Shown here in pieces: positions 7,753 through 17,710 of a stretch of DNA of 64,000 nucleotides. This DNA comes from a bacterium (GTDB taxonomy: Bacteria > Patescibacteriota > Minisyncoccia > Phycocordibacterales > UBA2100). The notes under the pieces were generated by a model. It was not told the DNA's origin, ran no database searches, and saw only the letters and a list, made by a program, of their open reading frames with translations. The DNA lies in contig JAUSJH010000009.1 of NCBI GenBank assembly GCA_030647655.1, forward strand, positions 18,196 to 82,195, in the 5' to 3' direction. The number at the start of each line of letters is the position of its first letter. Within the stretch, counting starts at the first letter, position 1. The position numbers and the translations under genes were made by a program.

Positions 7753-9102
7753 ATGCGCATACGCTTAAAAGAGATAGTGCGGAAGATGCTGCCCTCGCCC
7801 CTGCTCTCGGTCTACCATCTCACGCTTGCGCATTTCGGAGCGATAGTTTCTGGTCATCCTTCGCGCAAGCTTCTCGTCATTGCGGTCACCGGCACAAAGG
7901 GGAAATCGTCGACTACCGAGATGTTGAACGCGATCTTCGAAGAAGCTGGTCACAAAACGGCACTCTTGAATTCTATCCGCATCAAAATAGCAGAGAGTAC
8001 AGATCCAAACATGATGCGCATGTCGATGCCGGGGAGATTCTTTATACAACGATTCCTGCGCGAGGCGGTGGGGAAAAAATGTTTCGTCGCAATCCTTGAA
8101 ATGACTTCCGAAGGGGCAGCACAACACCGCCATCGCGCGATTGAACTCGATGCGCTTGTGTTTACCAATCTGGCGCCCGAACACATCGAGTCGCACGGCT
8201 CATATAAAGCATACGCGGATGCGAAATTCGAGCTCGGGCGCCAGCTCGCGCGGTCGCGCAAGCGACCGCGCGTCGTGGTTGCCAACGCAGACGATCCGGA
8301 AAGCGCCCGCTATCTCGCGCTCAAGGTTGAGCGCGTACTTCCCTTCTCTCTTTCCGCACACGCACCGATGTATGCCGACGAGAAGGGCGGGTATTTCACG
8401 CTTGAGAACACAAAAATCCACGTGCGCCTTCCCGGTGAGTTCTCGCTCAAGAATGCGCTTGCGGCTGCGACACTCGCGCGCGCGCTTAATATTGCACCTG
8501 CTGTCATCGCGCACGCGCTCCAAAAACTAATGCACATTCCGGGACGCGCGGAGCGAATCGAAGAAGGCCAGAATTTCACGGTCGTTGTTGATTATGCACA
8601 CACGCCGGATTCACTCGAGGCGATATACAAAGCATACGGTGTCGCGCGAAAGATTTGCGTCCTCGGTTCGATGGGGGGAAGCCGTGACAGCTGGAACCGT
8701 CCGGTGAAAGGGCGTATTGCTAGCGAATATTGCGCGGAGGTGATACTCACGAATGAAGATCCGTGCGATGACGACCCCGCGGCGATTATCGAGCAAATGC
8801 GGAGCGGTGTCGTCGGTAAAGAGCCACTCATCTTCATTGACCGACGCGAGGCGATTTCGAAAGCTTTCGAAATCGCCCTGAGTTTGTCGAAAAGCATTCA
8901 TCAACCCCTCCAAAAAGCTCGGGGTAATCAAAACGACATAGTCGTTTTGATTACCGGCAAAGGAACCGACCCTTGGATCTACGGCGCCCGAGGCACAAAA
9001 ATTCAGTGGAGTGATGCCAGGGTTGCGCGTGAAGAACTCGCAAAACTAGCCGCCAGCAGAAAGGCCCGCCTCGGCGGCGAAACGGGTATAATGACCTCAT
9101 GA
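7753..9102 (+). CDS. murE: UDP-N-acetylmuramyl-tripeptide synthetase (MurE family)
   Basis: VTGTKGKSST P-loop, EMTSEG, FTNL.PEH, GRAE, VDYAHTPDSL, ITGKG. Confidence 0.9.
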   Translation: MRIRLKEIVRKMLPSPLLSVYHLTLAHFGAIVSGHPSRKLLVIAVTGTKGKSSTTEMLNAIFEEAGHKTALLNSIRIKIAESTDPNMMRMSMPGRFFIQRFLREAVGKKCFVAILEMTSEGAAQHRHRAIELDALVFTNLAPEHIESHGSYKAYADAKFELGRQLARSRKRPRVVVANADDPESARYLALKVERVLPFSLSAHAPMYADEKGGYFTLENTKIHVRLPGEFSLKNALAAATLARALNIAPAVIAHALQKLMHIPGRAERIEEGQNFTVVVDYAHTPDSLEAIYKAYGVARKICVLGSMGGSRDSWNRPVKGRIASEYCAEVILTNEDPCDDDPAAIIEQMRSGVVGKEPLIFIDRREAISKAFEIALSLSKSIHQPLQKARGNQNDIVVLITGKGTDPWIYGARGTKIQWSDARVAREELAKLAASRKARLGGETGIMTS

Positions 9103-10091
9103 TCAAACGCGTCCTCATCGTCTCCGTCATAATCTTTCTCATCGGGCTCATCGCTTTTTGGCTCATCAGCGGCGGGTGGGGCGCGGTTGGGCGGGTGGGA
9201 CAGACGCTCATGAACCCTTTTGATTTCTTTTTTGGGCAACGTCCTTCGGGAACATTTCTGCGCTTGCCGTGGCAGAAGGATTCTCCCGTACGCGGGCCCG
9301 ATATCTCCGATTATGCGACCGAGGCAAACCGACTCAATCAGAATGCGCAGGAAGAAGACCGTGCTGCGATAGAAGCGCAGTACGGACCGGATATAGCGCA
9401 AGTCCGTACATTAGGCAATCCTTCGCCATATGTGGGCAAAGCGAGAATCGTCGGGACAGCCCCGACCGAAAGCGATTCTGCCTATGAATACATCGAAATA
9501 GTCGCCGCCTCAAGCAATAGCGCGCCAATCTCTCTGACCAATTGGTCTCTGCAGAGTGCTGTATCTGGATTGCGCGCGCCCATCCCGCTCGGCGCACCGC
9601 TTTTTACCATAGGTGTCATCAACAGTGTGCAGGGGATATCTCTCGAGCCGGGGGCCTCCGCCGTTGTTACGACGAGCGCCTCCCCGGTCGGCACCTCATT
9701 TCGGGAAAATATCTGCAGTGGCTACCTTGGTGAACTCCAGACCTTTAGACCTGAAATGGGCAGTTCGTGCCCGCCCCCTTCAGAGGCCCTGCCAATGACC
9801 GCAGAGAATATACGCACCTATGGTGACGCGTGTTTTGATTACTTGAACGCGCTTCCCCAGTGCCACTTCCCGACCACTCTTCCATCGAACCTCTCGAGTA
9901 CGTGTCGCTCGTTTATAGCAAACACGATGTCATACAATGGCTGTGTAAATAGGTACCGCAACAGCGCGTCATTTGCACTTCCTTCGTGGCGCGTGTACCT
10001 CGCGCTACGCTCCGAAATTTGGCAAAACACTCACGACGTCATCCGCCTGCTCGACGGAGAAGGGCGGACAGTTGATGTACTAACGTACTGA
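9099..10091 (+). CDS. Membrane-anchored hypothetical protein (lamin-tail-like beta domain with Cys insert)
   Basis: N-terminal TM; EYIEI....N..PISLTNWSL and W.N..D.IRLLD.EG..VD...Y motifs. Confidence 0.6.
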   Translation: MIKRVLIVSVIIFLIGLIAFWLISGGWGAVGRVGQTLMNPFDFFFGQRPSGTFLRLPWQKDSPVRGPDISDYATEANRLNQNAQEEDRAAIEAQYGPDIAQVRTLGNPSPYVGKARIVGTAPTESDSAYEYIEIVAASSNSAPISLTNWSLQSAVSGLRAPIPLGAPLFTIGVINSVQGISLEPGASAVVTTSASPVGTSFRENICSGYLGELQTFRPEMGSSCPPPSEALPMTAENIRTYGDACFDYLNALPQCHFPTTLPSNLSSTCRSFIANTMSYNGCVNRYRNSASFALPSWRVYLALRSEIWQNTHDVIRLLDGEGRTVDVLTY

Positions 10092-10544
10092 AAACAAAAT
10101 AATCCCCGCCGCAACCGACACGTTGAGTGATTCTTTCCTGCCGTGCATCGGAATTTCGACGATTGAATCGCATGTTTTGAGAATGTTCTTTGGAACTCCT
10201 CGTACTTCATTGCCAAATACAAAGAGCGTCGGTTTTTTAATTTTTAACGAACGGTAGTCGCGCGCCCGCGCATCTTGCTCGACGCAAACTATTTTCCATC
10301 CATCTTTTTTTAGCTTTGAGAGCAGCCGCATCGGCGCCGTATGATGCTCCCACGGAACGTCTTTTTCCGCGCCGAGCGCGGTTTTTGCTATTTCTTTTTG
10401 AGAACGTCCGAATCTATCCCTCGGTGTCGGTGTATAACCCGAAAGATATATATGCGAAATCCCAGCCGCGTCCGCCGTGCGGAATATAGAGCCCACGTTG
10501 TGCGCACTACGAATATTGTGCAGTAATACCGTCACTTCTTTCAT
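10080..10544 (-). CDS. TrmH/SpoU family RNA methyltransferase
   Basis: HNIRS.HNVGSIFRTAD, FGNE..G, IPM.G.KESLNVSVAAGI. Confidence 0.93.
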   Translation of the reverse strand: MKEVTVLLHNIRSAHNVGSIFRTADAAGISHIYLSGYTPTPRDRFGRSQKEIAKTALGAEKDVPWEHHTAPMRLLSKLKKDGWKIVCVEQDARARDYRSLKIKKPTLFVFGNEVRGVPKNILKTCDSIVEIPMHGRKESLNVSVAAGIILFSVR

Positions 10545-10580
10545 GTCGGCACCATACCATGCAGATGTTATAATTGCGCC

Positions 10581-10979
10581 ATGCTTTCCCTCTTCCCCGA
10601 TATTCTTTTCCTAGCCCCAGTCTCGGCCACCATCCTGCGCATCGTGGCTGGCGTGGCTTTTCTATCTCTTGCATGGATACACTGGCAGAAGCGTGATGAA
10701 ATGAGCCAGATAGATTTTATAGTCGTCGGAAGAGGAATGTGGATTCCAATATTCGCGTCTGTGTTTGAGCTCATCATCGGGGTCGGTCTTATTATCGGAA
10801 TCTATGCGCAAGCGATGGCCCTCCTCGGCGCACTCGCAGCACTAAAATCTTTTATATGGAAACGCCGTTACAGCGGGCTGTTTCCACTATCCCGCACCGA
10901 AAGTGTACTTCTCTTTGTTATCTGTATCTCCGTTGTCCTCACCGGCGCTGGCGCCTTCGCATTCGACCTCCCACTTTAA
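10581..10979 (+). CDS. DoxX-like membrane protein
   Basis: LRI..G..F, ELI.G..LI.G, C-terminal GAGAFAFD; four TM helices. Confidence 0.7.
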   Translation: MLSLFPDILFLAPVSATILRIVAGVAFLSLAWIHWQKRDEMSQIDFIVVGRGMWIPIFASVFELIIGVGLIIGIYAQAMALLGALAALKSFIWKRRYSGLFPLSRTESVLLFVICISVVLTGAGAFAFDLPL

Positions 10980-11029
10980 ATAATCTTTAGCTTTGAGCTT
11001 CTCGCCTCTAGGGGTTATAGTTTTGCATA

Positions 11030-11103
11030 CCCCTCGTAGCTCAGTGGCAGAGCAGCTCCCTTTTAAGGAGTTGATGTTGGTTCGATTCCAACCGGGGGGA
11101 CCA
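11030..11103 (+). tRNA. tRNA-Lys(TTT)
   Basis: CCCCTCG/CGGGGGG acceptor, GCTCC-CTTTTAA-GGAGT anticodon arm, GTTGG-TTCGATT-CCAAC T arm, encoded CCA. Confidence 0.93.
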
Positions 11104-11186
11104 AACAGGAAATTGCAAGCCGGAGCCCGCCGCCTCGCTTCGCTCGGCGGTCAAAATGGACACGCTCAACAAAAGTCCCAAATGTT

Positions 11187-12854
11187 TTAGTACAGTTGTC
11201 TAAGCCGCTTTTGAAGTGCGGAATACGCAGGCTTGGCTTTTAGATTGGTGTCGAATAGCAAACTTGTGCCATAGACAGTTGGGTATCTGTCGGATCTCGT
11301 CGTAGAACCGTAGAGATCAGTAACACCCCAAGTGGAATACCCAGTACAATTCAAGGCTCGTAGACACACATCTAAGCCGACTACGTACTGATTAATCTGC
11401 GCTTCCGGATCATCTCCGGTGACATCTATTTCTGATATGCGGACCTTAAGCCCGAGTGTCGCGAGTGTTTGCATGTGCGCTCGAAGCGTAGACGCTTCAT
11501 TATAGTCACCATCCCCGTATACATGTGACTCAAACCCGATTCCATCGACGGGCACCCCGCGATTTTTGAGCCGCTTGACTAAACCAAGAAGAGCGTCCCA
11601 TCGTTCACCATCACGTTCCAATCCATAGTCGTTGAGGTACAGTTCTGCAGATGGATCGGCTTTGTGAGCAGTGCGAAATGCCAGATCTATATATTGTTCA
11701 CCCATCGCCTCGTACCATGTATTTCGGTCAAGACCGTGCCGCTCATCACGATACGGAGCTTTTTTGTTTGATAAAGGCTCGTTGACAACATCCCACTCGG
11801 CAACCCTCCCCTTGAAATGACCCACGACAGTCGCTACGTGATTGACCATAATTTCCTGGAGCTCTTCTTTTGGGGAATCTGTCATCCACTCAGGGCTGCT
11901 TTTTGCGTATACCAACGCATGTCCGTGTACGAGCATGTCATTCTGCAGTGCGATATTGACGAGCGTGTCCATTTCGATAAATGAATAGACGTCTTGTTGC
12001 GGATGTATGAATTGCGGCTTCATGCCATTTTCGGGCGTAATCATACTGAACTCACCGAGAGCAAGCTTCCGATACTCTGGATCGGTAACGAGGGCGCTGT
12101 ATACGACAGCGGCTCCCATCCGGAGTTTTCGTGGGTGTGCTGCTGCTAAATTACGCAGGGCATCCGGGTCGTCGTGCGCGACATCATATGAGGAGGGAGG
12201 AACGATTTCTATATGTCCGCTTGAGAGCGGCTCTACTTTTAACGCACCCAGTATCCAATCATCACCCTGTGCAGCGTCAGCTCCGAACCACACCTCTTTG
12301 CTATCAAAAATATGATGGTCGGGAATAGTTCCAAGCTCCTGCCCGTCCGCGCTCGCTATAAGAGTACCGGCCAGATGTTCGATAGAAATACTCACAGAGT
12401 TTTTTAATGCGAACGGATAGATTCTTTCATCGTTAGAATTTGAAGAACTGCCATCCCATATACGCATCGTAACGGTGCCCGTCGCTACATCAATTGCCAC
12501 ACTGCCGGTCTCAAACCGCCACTGGTCGTACACGACCGGAGGCTTTCCGTATAGCCTGAGTGTTCCTCTGGCGTCGATGTTTTCCATGCGCGCAGTTATT
12601 CTAAAATCACCAGATACCGCAAGGTGGACGCCCGCAAGATTCACCGGTGGACTTGGCTGCCCGAGAGATCCGTCCTGATGGATGATGACACGATCAAGCG
12701 ATTGTATGCGAAGGCCTTCCCTTGTAGTTGTTGCACCGGCAAATTGTTGCCAATTTTGATTGGTAACAAGATCCGCACTTTTATCACTGCCGTACGCGAC
12801 GAGGACGATGACTGCGGCAACGAGTACCACGACCCAAAACTTACTCACGAACAT
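11187..12854 (-). CDS. Secreted glycoside hydrolase family 10 (endo-1,4-beta-xylanase-like) with N-terminal beta-sandwich domain
   Basis: TPENGMK, HGHALV, WDVVNEP (acid/base Glu), LYLNDY, DGIGFESH, ISEIDV (nucleophile Glu), TWG. Signal/TM starts at MFVSKFW. Confidence 0.9.
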   Translation of the reverse strand: MFVSKFWVVVLVAAVIVLVAYGSDKSADLVTNQNWQQFAGATTTREGLRIQSLDRVIIHQDGSLGQPSPPVNLAGVHLAVSGDFRITARMENIDARGTLRLYGKPPVVYDQWRFETGSVAIDVATGTVTMRIWDGSSSNSNDERIYPFALKNSVSISIEHLAGTLIASADGQELGTIPDHHIFDSKEVWFGADAAQGDDWILGALKVEPLSSGHIEIVPPSSYDVAHDDPDALRNLAAAHPRKLRMGAAVVYSALVTDPEYRKLALGEFSMITPENGMKPQFIHPQQDVYSFIEMDTLVNIALQNDMLVHGHALVYAKSSPEWMTDSPKEELQEIMVNHVATVVGHFKGRVAEWDVVNEPLSNKKAPYRDERHGLDRNTWYEAMGEQYIDLAFRTAHKADPSAELYLNDYGLERDGERWDALLGLVKRLKNRGVPVDGIGFESHVYGDGDYNEASTLRAHMQTLATLGLKVRISEIDVTGDDPEAQINQYVVGLDVCLRALNCTGYSTWGVTDLYGSTTRSDRYPTVYGTSLLFDTNLKAKPAYSALQKRLRQLY

Positions 12855-13389
12855 AATCTGCCGCGACAACAGATTCTGGACCACTGCTCTTGAGCATTCC
12901 GGTGACCGTGACGGTATCACCTACCGCTATGTCTCCTATAGCTTGTCCCACGCCCTTTGAGGTCAAGAATTTCGTGCCGGAGTCTGTTGTTATAGTCCAT
13001 ATGAAATCCGCTGAACCCCACGTCATCCCCACACGGAGAGTGCCGCGAGCGTTTGAAATGACCGTGGCGCCCCGTAGAAGCATCAATCCGTTGTTCGCGA
13101 TATGCATCTCAAGCATCTGTGGTTTTAAGGTGGCGGCGTTCGCCACAGCCGGAGTGCCCAGGTAGACCTTGCCCGCAGTAAATTGTGGAGCTGCGGCGGC
13201 GACGCGTACCGAGAAGACTTCGGATACATACAAGAAAGCTATGAATACGGTGGCGATCGCAATGAGGGCTCCTATGAATACCCTGCGAGTGATTTTGGAG
13301 ATGAACGTGAACGCGGCGGTATTGAGGGCTCGCGCCATGCCGAGCACCACCGTAGTGCGAGCAGGAGTCTGGAGGAGGATGCGCATCAT
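12841..13389 (-). CDS. Membrane-anchored hypothetical protein (DUF5666/OB-fold-like C-terminus)
   Basis: TM helix, then T.S.TKF......DIAVGDTVTVTG. Start placed at MMRILL. Confidence 0.55.
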   Translation of the reverse strand: MMRILLQTPARTTVVLGMARALNTAAFTFISKITRRVFIGALIAIATVFIAFLYVSEVFSVRVAAAAPQFTAGKVYLGTPAVANAATLKPQMLEMHIANNGLMLLRGATVISNARGTLRVGMTWGSADFIWTITTDSGTKFLTSKGVGQAIGDIAVGDTVTVTGMLKSSGPESVVAADYVRE

Positions 13390-13394
13390 AGGTC

Positions 13395-13643
13395 CTAACG
13401 TCGCAGAGCTCTCACGATCGCAATCAATGCACACGCTCCAAGGAGTGCTACGAGAAAACTGTACAGATTGAAGCCGCCGACGCCCGACTCTCCGAGCAGG
13501 CTCATGAGCCAGCCACCTATGACAGCGCCTACGACACCGACGATGACATTAAGCACGATCCCCTGTTCTGCGTCTGACTTCATAACGAGAGAAGCAACCC
13601 AACCGACAAGCCCACCAAATATGATCCAAAGAATGATGCCCAT
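13395..13643 (-). CDS. GlsB/YeaQ/YmgE (transglycosylase-associated) stress membrane protein
   Basis: WIIFGGLVGW.AS..M......NVIVGVVGAVIGGW....SFLVALLGA. Confidence 0.92.
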   Translation of the reverse strand: MGIILWIIFGGLVGWVASLVMKSDAEQGIVLNVIVGVVGAVIGGWLMSLLGESGVGGFNLYSFLVALLGACALIAIVRALRR

Positions 13644-13660
13644 ATAATTGTTATATTTGT

Positions 13661-14020
13661 TTAATTATTTTCTTGAGCGTTTAATTTGACCGCGGCTTCT
13701 GGAGTCGAAACCGTCTTCCCCATCAGGAATAATCTGACGACGCCGTACGCCAACACGAGGTACACGAACATCGCCAGAAGTGTAGTCCATTCGAAGACGT
13801 TCCCCGCAACCTGACTAACACGAAAGACGTTCAGAAATGGAGCCGCGAACACATGCGTTACCCCATAGATGAAGCTGGTAAAACCTGCTGTGGCGTTTGC
13901 GCCTAATAGCTTGAGAACAAACCGAAACGCAAGCAACACTTCTACAAGACCCAGAATGTACCAAACGATTTGTGTGCCTCGATAAAGAGGCTTCGTACTT
14001 GGAGAATTGAACGAGTCCAT
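13661..14020 (-). CDS. YggT-like membrane protein
   Basis: LLAFRFVLKLLGAN....F..FIY..T..F.APF. Confidence 0.75.
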   Translation of the reverse strand: MDSFNSPSTKPLYRGTQIVWYILGLVEVLLAFRFVLKLLGANATAGFTSFIYGVTHVFAAPFLNVFRVSQVAGNVFEWTTLLAMFVYLVLAYGVVRLFLMGKTVSTPEAAVKLNAQENN

Positions 14021-14027
14021 ATGATCT

Positions 14028-15104
14028 CTATTTTGTCTTGAACGTTACTCGCGAGCCGCGGACGATGTCTTGTGAGTTCTCCGCCACGATGCGGAAGTAG
14101 TACGTGGTCTTGGGTTTAAGGCCGGAGATGTCCGCGCTTTCCGAAAGCGCGCTCGTGCCAGACCCTGCTGATTTCTTTGGCGTCGTCTTGAGGAGCGTCG
14201 CGCTAAAGAGTGAATCGGTGCTGTACTCGAACCAGTAGGTGGTCTGCGCGCCGTTGGGGTCCACGGTGGCCCGCAGTGTAGCGCTCGAGGTGGCAACGAA
14301 TGCGGCACTTAGAGTTGAGACGGAGGGCGCGGCAACGGCGGGGCCCGCAGTTTTGAAGGTGAGTATTGCGCCGTTCACTGTGCCGAACTGATTCTGTGCG
14401 TTCATACGGAAATAGTAGGTCGTGGCTGGATCAAGATTGTCAATCGATGCTGAAGTGGTGACTTTGGCGCTCCCATCTCCCACGGAAACGAGGGCGGTAG
14501 TAGCCCCGAGATTCGCGGTTTTCCCGTACTCAAACCAATATTGGGTCGACGCCTTGTTTGGCGTGACTTCGCCCCGCAAAGTGGCGGCTGTTCGCGTTAC
14601 AGAGCTCGCGGCGAGCGTTTTTGTAGTCGGAGCACTTCCGGCAGGAGGTGGATTTCCCACTGTCGTACGGAATGTGTACGCGGTACCCGCAGTCCTGCCG
14701 TATTGATTTTCAGCAACAAGACGGAAGTAATACGTCGTATCTTTCGTGAGCCCAGTGATGTAGTCGGGTGCGGGGACGGAAGCGTATCCGGACCCGACCC
14801 CCTGATTGGAGGTCTTGCTTCCGAGATTGGGAGTCGTGCCATATTCGTACCAGTACATAGTTAGAGCGCCCTTGGGCGTGACCTTTCCGGAAACAACAGC
14901 TGTCGTGTCAGAAGGAGCGACGCTCGAATTAGTCGTCGCGACAGGCACTCCTGCCTGCGAAGGCTGAGGAGTTGGACCTGGGATTGTAGTCGGTGTCGAA
15001 GTGGCAGTACTGGATGGAGCCATATTCTGACTGGTAAAGAAGATCAGACCTCCTAAGGCAAGTAGCACGACAACCCCTCCCACCAATACTGTGTTCGCGT
15101 TCAT
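14028..15104 (-). CDS. Membrane-anchored protein with three fibronectin type III-like repeats
   Basis: Three repeats of A...G.V.P.GA.T.YWFEY.T......I.GL...TTYYFR..A.N..G...G....F.T after a TM and a Thr/Pro linker. Confidence 0.85.
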   Translation of the reverse strand: MNANTVLVGGVVVLLALGGLIFFTSQNMAPSSTATSTPTTIPGPTPQPSQAGVPVATTNSSVAPSDTTAVVSGKVTPKGALTMYWYEYGTTPNLGSKTSNQGVGSGYASVPAPDYITGLTKDTTYYFRLVAENQYGRTAGTAYTFRTTVGNPPPAGSAPTTKTLAASSVTRTAATLRGEVTPNKASTQYWFEYGKTANLGATTALVSVGDGSAKVTTSASIDNLDPATTYYFRMNAQNQFGTVNGAILTFKTAGPAVAAPSVSTLSAAFVATSSATLRATVDPNGAQTTYWFEYSTDSLFSATLLKTTPKKSAGSGTSALSESADISGLKPKTTYYFRIVAENSQDIVRGSRVTFKTK

Positions 15105-15137
15105 ATGATTGATATCTATTATTTCTAAGTGCCGTCC

Positions 15138-15170
15138 ATCGTACTCTTCCCTTAATGAAGGCGAGGTGAA
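15138..15170 (-). promoter_or_regulatory. Direct-repeat box plus -10 (site 1 of 4)
   Basis: Minus strand TTCAC-CTCGCC-TTCAT-N11-TACGAT, upstream of the FN3 operon. Confidence 0.65.
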
Positions 15171-15448
15171 CGTCGCACGTGCCAGATAATGTACGCCGGA
15201 GGCCGCATGCACCGTACGGTACTATGCGGCCTCCGGCTTACATGATTAATTTCCTGGACCTGCTCGATATCTCATCTCGCAACGCCAGAAGAGTTTTGTG
15301 CATACGCAACTCGGGTTGATTCTTGTAATAAAACTCGAGCGCATGCGGACCGTGCCGCAGCATCACCTCATCACGATGCACGCTCAAAGACCAACCTACA
15401 ACGCATATTACGCATGCGCCATGAATCTCGTATGAAATGTGGTGGACG

Positions 15449-16594
15449 TCAGGTGTTCCTGGGACTGTTGTGAGAGAAGTCAACTGCAATCTCGCTTGCA
15501 TTTTCATGTTGGCGCCGCGCATCCTCGAAGTCGGGATCCTGTCCCCCCGCGGGCAGAAGCACGGTAACTGTTGTCCCGCGCTTTTCTGCGCTCCGCACGG
15601 TGATTTTCCCGTTGTGTAACTTTACAAGCTCGGACACGATAGTGAGTCCGAGGCCACCCCCCCCCCAGCCACCACGTTTGCGGGAGGGATCACCACGATA
15701 GTAGGGCTCAAAAATGCGGAATAGGTCTTTGCGCGGGATACCCGAGCCGGAATCTCTTACCGTAAATTCCATGTGGTTGGGGTGTACAGGCTCTACGGTG
15801 ACGAGAATTCTTCCATTTCGCGGAGTGTGTGTGATGGCGTTCTTGACTATGTTCATCACTACTTGTTCGAGTGCAATGGCGTTCCCGTGCACTGTCCGAC
15901 GTTCGCTCATGCGAACCTCGATCTCGAGGTGTTTCGGCTCCGAGAGGCCCTCCATTTGTTGCATTACATGGCTCACCACCTCGCCAAAATCCACGTCTTT
16001 GAACTCCATACGTTCCGGCTTGATAGATGCGGAAAGCGAGAGGAGGTTGTTGATGATTTCAGAGGTGCGGTCCAACTCTTCTATCGTACTTTCAAGCGTC
16101 TTCTTCAGTTCAATACTCACGTCCGGCGACATGAGGGAAACTTCGGTGTTCGTCTTGATGATTGAGATTGGCGTGCGTAGTTCATGTGCGACATTGCCAA
16201 TAAAGAGCTTCTGTGATTCGAGTGCGTTGCGCACCGGCGCGAGCGCCATGCGTGTGACCACATATGATAGGAGGATTGTTGTGGTTATGATTGTCCCAGC
16301 GGCAAACATGAGCGTCCGAGAGCGCATCGCGGTGATCTGTGCGACGACCGACTCCACGATCGACGTGGCCGATGCATTCGGCGCCAGCGCGGCTTGTATT
16401 CCTTCAGAAACAGTAGTGGAGGTATCGTGATACAGGGTCGTAGCAGCGACACCGATGACGCCGAGAAGGAAGACCAAATTCAACAACTGCAGTCCGATGA
16501 TGTTTACTTCCGTCCGGAAGAATGGATCGAACCGATATTTATCCACGAAGCCGATAACCGATTCCCCGAACCGTTTCGAGTACACCTTCAGCAT
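15449..16594 (-). CDS. Membrane sensor histidine kinase (HisKA + HATPase_c)
   Basis: Two TM helices, VAHELRTP, N-box NIVKNAI, DSGSGI, FEPYYR, GGLGL. Start uncertain (in-frame ATGs between 16594 and 16660). Confidence 0.92.
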   Translation of the reverse strand: MLKVYSKRFGESVIGFVDKYRFDPFFRTEVNIIGLQLLNLVFLLGVIGVAATTLYHDTSTTVSEGIQAALAPNASATSIVESVVAQITAMRSRTLMFAAGTIITTTILLSYVVTRMALAPVRNALESQKLFIGNVAHELRTPISIIKTNTEVSLMSPDVSIELKKTLESTIEELDRTSEIINNLLSLSASIKPERMEFKDVDFGEVVSHVMQQMEGLSEPKHLEIEVRMSERRTVHGNAIALEQVVMNIVKNAITHTPRNGRILVTVEPVHPNHMEFTVRDSGSGIPRKDLFRIFEPYYRGDPSRKRGGWGGGGLGLTIVSELVKLHNGKITVRSAEKRGTTVTVLLPAGGQDPDFEDARRQHENASEIAVDFSHNSPRNT

Positions 16595-17213
16595 CTTTAC
16601 CATCAAGCTTTCTCCGAAGGTTTTTAACATGGACGTCGACGACGTTGCTGAATCCGGCATAATTGAAATCCCATAAGTGAGTAAGTAGATCCTCCCGATT
16701 TACGACCTGGTCTGGGTGGCGCATGAAGTATTCAAGGAGCCCGTATTCTTTTAAGGTAAGCGGCACCTCCTCTCCGCCGCGCGTAGCGCGGCGCGTTCTT
16801 GGGTCAAGTTCAATGTCACCCGAGCGCAAGACTTGCGGTAAGGTTTCGCTTGGCCGGCGCAAGAGCGCTTGGAGGCGCGCGTTCAGCTCGGCGAAGGAAA
16901 AGGGCTTTACGAGGTAGTCGTCGGCGCCGGAGCTTAAAAGCTGGACTTTCGTCTCTGTCTCGGCACGCGCGGTGAGAATAAGGATCGGTACCGTAATGTC
17001 TTTCGCCCGCATCTGCTTGCAGATCTCTTGCCCATCCATTGATGGAAGCATGAGGTCGAGAACGACGACATCATAATCACTACGGTGAAGCGAAATACGC
17101 GTGAGAGCTTTTGCGCCATCAGCAACGATATCCACGGTATACCCCTGAAGCTCGAGCCCGCGCTTGATAGCGTCGGCTAGCTTTTCCTCGTCTTCCACGA
17201 GAAGCACTTTCAT
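16539..17213 (-). CDS. OmpR/PhoB family response regulator
   Basis: LVEDE, LDLMLP..DG, GADDYLVKPF, winged-helix NVVDVHVKNLRRKL..ETVRGIGY. Confidence 0.96.
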   Translation of the reverse strand: MKVLLVEDEEKLADAIKRGLELQGYTVDIVADGAKALTRISLHRSDYDVVVLDLMLPSMDGQEICKQMRAKDITVPILILTARAETETKVQLLSSGADDYLVKPFSFAELNARLQALLRRPSETLPQVLRSGDIELDPRTRRATRGGEEVPLTLKEYGLLEYFMRHPDQVVNREDLLTHLWDFNYAGFSNVVDVHVKNLRRKLDGKDAEGVLETVRGIGYRLRG

Positions 17214-17268
17214 ACTAAGGTTTCGGTGTTTAGGCTCGTAATGAGTGACAAACTGCTCCTAGAGTACC

Positions 17269-17301
17269 ACTGTAAAACAGGACGGATGAACATTTCATGA
17301 A
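17269..17301 (-). promoter_or_regulatory. Direct-repeat box plus -10 (site 2 of 4), upstream of the response regulator
   Basis: Minus strand TTCAT-GAAATG-TTCAT-N11-TACAGT. Confidence 0.7.
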
Positions 17302-17410
17302 GCCATTAGTCCCTTGATAGCGCGGCCCTAACAATAGCTACGCAATCCCCAGGACCACTGGAAACAGACGCGGAGGGATGCGCTGGCTTACTGCTCCCGC
17401 AGGTATTTTC

Positions 17411-17626
17411 TTAGTTTGTTTTGGCACCGGAGCCCGTGGTCGGAGTGGGGATTGTGACGTTTATGTTAGTGGTATCTGCTGGCTGCGATGGATTGTTGAA
17501 GAAGCCGCGCTGGTACATAATGATGCCGCCCACAACAACGACCACGAGGACAATGAGCGCGATGATCATGCCCGCTGCGCCGCTATCACTTGCGCCCGGT
17601 GTATTTGTAACGATTGTGTCTGCCAT
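17411..17626 (-). CDS. Small single-pass membrane protein
   Basis: MADTIVTN...GMIIALIVLVVVVVGGIIMY..G......TNINVTIP. Confidence 0.7.
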   Translation of the reverse strand: MADTIVTNTPGASDSGAAGMIIALIVLVVVVVGGIIMYQRGFFNNPSQPADTTNINVTIPTPTTGSGAKTN

Positions 17627-17654
17627 AACGTGAATTTGAACGATTAATACCCAA

Positions 17655-17687
17655 ACTATAATGCGCACCGGATGAAGAAAAGATGAA
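17655..17687 (-). promoter_or_regulatory. Direct-repeat box plus -10 (site 3 of 4)
   Basis: Minus strand TTCAT-CTTTTC-TTCAT-N11-TATAGT. Confidence 0.7.
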
Positions 17688-17710
17688 TTGCCATCCGAGG
17701 CACAAAGCCT

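Noticed and set aside
15238-15522. 94-aa minus-strand ORF between the kinase and the FN3 gene
   Set aside because: It overlaps the kinase end, and has no motif or clear start signal.
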